Assembly (NCBI GenBank): GCA_964270895.1
Contig: OZ185435.1
Source: Podarcis filfolensis
Lineage: Eukaryota
Length of the DNA stretch: 64,000 bases
Direction: 5' to 3' (one strand)
Position numbers and translations under genes: made by a program
The notes under the pieces: model-generated
The model's database searches: none
What the model was told of the DNA's origin: nothing
What the model saw: the letters and a program-made list of their open reading frames with translations, nothing else
Shown: one piece after another, positions 53,869 to 64,000 of the stretch
Layout: each line of letters begins with the position of its first letter
Numbering within the stretch: position 1 is the stretch's first letter

Positions 53869-56017
53869 TTTACAATACTGAGTGTGTGCAAACATGCCCA
53901 ATATGTGTGGGCGAAGGCAACAGAGGATCACCAGCAAATGTAAAGAAACATGATGGAAATAGCAGGGGTGAGCAGGGATGGAGATGGTAGAGGGAACAGG
54001 CAGAAGCACGACATGTCTGCTGTGGACCATCTAGAAAGAAAAGGTGTCTGTGACAAAGATGCACTACTTATAACTGCTTCACACACTATGCAGCAACCAA
54101 CACAATTGCCACTGTACAAACGCATCACCCACCCTAGCTTTCTTGTGCATGGACTCCTTCAATGAATGTGATTAAAAATGCACAATTGTCATATTCATGT
54201 ATCACGGTTTTAGGTGTGCAATAAAATATTTAACTCAACAAGACACATAAGGGGGAGGGTTGCCTTGTTGATGGAAATATAGACCTGTTATAGAGGGAAA
54301 GCTGCAAGGGGGCAGGTTGCTAGAGTTGGATCCCTGTTTTTTTTTAATGCTTGCGCCCTCCCTGCTTGGATTAGATGAGAGGAAGAAATCAGATCACGTA
54401 ACTGTTTAGCCACAGGGAACCTGTGCTGCTTGTCAAGAGTGTCACACTCACGCAAGCACAGTCTATACATCATGTGCTAATCACAAGAGGCACTTGCAGG
54501 AGCAAGGTGAGAGGATAGTGGTGCATATTCCCAGAGAATAAATAATGTGGTTATCAGCTCTGAATAGGACTTCCCTCAATGTAAGTGCTATCTTGCCAAA
54601 TCATGTCTGGAGCTGGTGGAGGAAGTGTTTGGTTGCACAACTACCACCTGCAAAACATTTTGAAAAGGCCGTGTCTTAGCCTTGGTTCTCCCTTCATAGC
54701 ATGGAAATCTTAACCTAGTTGCGTTGAGGAGGAAAGGAGCTTTATACAGTCAAACAGTTCTGGTGCCCTGCCTGACTCCCCGCCTGCCTGCCTTTGCCTA
54801 GCCACACACATTCATCATCTCTCAAATTGCACACACCCACTTTTTGACACCACACTACTCAACCCACACAGCAGATCCTAGAAGAAGGTGCGAGCAGACC
54901 CATCCGCCCAGAATTTCCAAAGAGAAACGCTGGCAAGAAAAGGCTTAGAAAATGTCCCCTACTGGGTTTGTCCAGCAGCAGGTTGGAGCTGGAACTTGCA
55001 CCTGATGTTTCAGATACACCCACTGACCAATTTATATTCCATTTCCAAAACAGACAAACAAATAAAACATATTGCCCACTTGTGTTCCACAGGCTAACGT
55101 TGTTTTCAGTAGCACACATTTCCACAGGATGGGCCTGTGACTTGACTAACTAAGGAAGGTTATGATAAAATACCATTGCACCCGGTGCTTTCCTCGGAAG
55201 TCAAAGCTAATGGGAAGTGCAATAAAAACAGCGAGTCGTCCCTCCAGGGAACAGATGTGTTAAGTTCAATCTGAAAAAACCAGAAGTATGTTTTAGGAAG
55301 GGAGTGGGCATTCTGCCACACCGAACTGTGGCAGGAGCAACCTCTGTTGCCAGCAACAGACCTAAATGCTTTACCCTCTGAACTCCTGACACCCTAGGTT
55401 GGATTTCACAGGTGTTTCCCCATAGCTTAAAAAAAGATGGTCATGGTAATTTAGTGCCCCTTCCAGTGAAGTTACAACTGTCGTTTGCTCTCCCCACACA
55501 AGTATCTGCAAAAGTGACCCGCTGTTACATCACCTTTCTCACTTCAGGCACTTCTACCTGGCCCCAAACCCTTTCATTTAAGATAGAAAGAGCGCAGTGC
55601 AAAATCTAGTTAGTGCCAACGGACTCTGAAGAAAGGTAGTAGTATCAGGAGCAGGGAACTTCAGAAACACTCATCCCTCCCTGGTGGCGTTGGAGTCCAT
55701 GGCTAGCTGGTGCACTAGACCGAATGAAAGCTGCATCGGACACAGCTGGGAAAGCTGCTGCTGAATTCAACACCACAGCTTCTAGCAAAAGGGGACATAT
55801 AAATAAACATCAATGAACAGTGAGCCAAGAGTCTCTAGGTTGTCTCCCACCTGCCACAAAGGCAGTTTAAGCTCAGGCTCCTCTCAGAAAGAAAGTCTCT
55901 GGGCTCTGTGTGACACAGAGGCAAGTCTCTTTTGAGTTCCTCCTGGAATTGCGGGCAAGATCCTATCTCATCAGTGCGAAAGGTGACAGAGGAGGGACAA
56001 GCGTCTCATTGTGTGCT

Positions 56018-63845
<7,828 letters not shown>

Positions 63846-64000
63846 TTATTCAAGCAAAACCATTTCTCCAGCGTATGGCAGGACGAAGAATGAGAACACC
63901 AACTTCTCCCAACACCCAGAAATTAAGAAAATATACTATTTCTTTGGGAGCTTATATATCTAGTGACATTGCAGAGTTCCCACCAAGGTCCTTTGTACCT

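Overview
Vertebrate nuclear DNA. The repeat content (Sauria-type SINEs, BovB, L2, CR1, squamate MITEs) points to a squamate, probably a lacertid lizard; this is an inference. Two minus-strand genes sit in the same tandem order as on human 11p11.2. (1) CKAP5 (ch-TOG/XMAP215): 31 consecutive coding exons traced by hand from the ATG at 29958 to 1095, giving 4218 nt or 1406 codons with all splice phases consistent. The 3' part of the gene lies beyond position 1. (2) LRP4: the last 7 coding exons (63771 to the stop at 56018) plus a 3' UTR of about 2.2 kb. Between the genes lie three CpG-rich or promoter-like islands (about 37 kb, 43 kb and 46 kb) and an unassigned stretch of about 10 kb with candidate + strand exons. 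The most notable observations are a GC-AG intron in CKAP5 with a competing stop-introducing GT donor, two candidate CKAP5 first exons, a possible antisense spliced unit or pseudogene, a C/D-box-like segment with U6 complementarity, and several young transposon insertions with visible target-site duplications (TSDs). Gene identities come from recalled protein sequences, and no database search was run. There are no prokaryotic features or CRISPR arrays.
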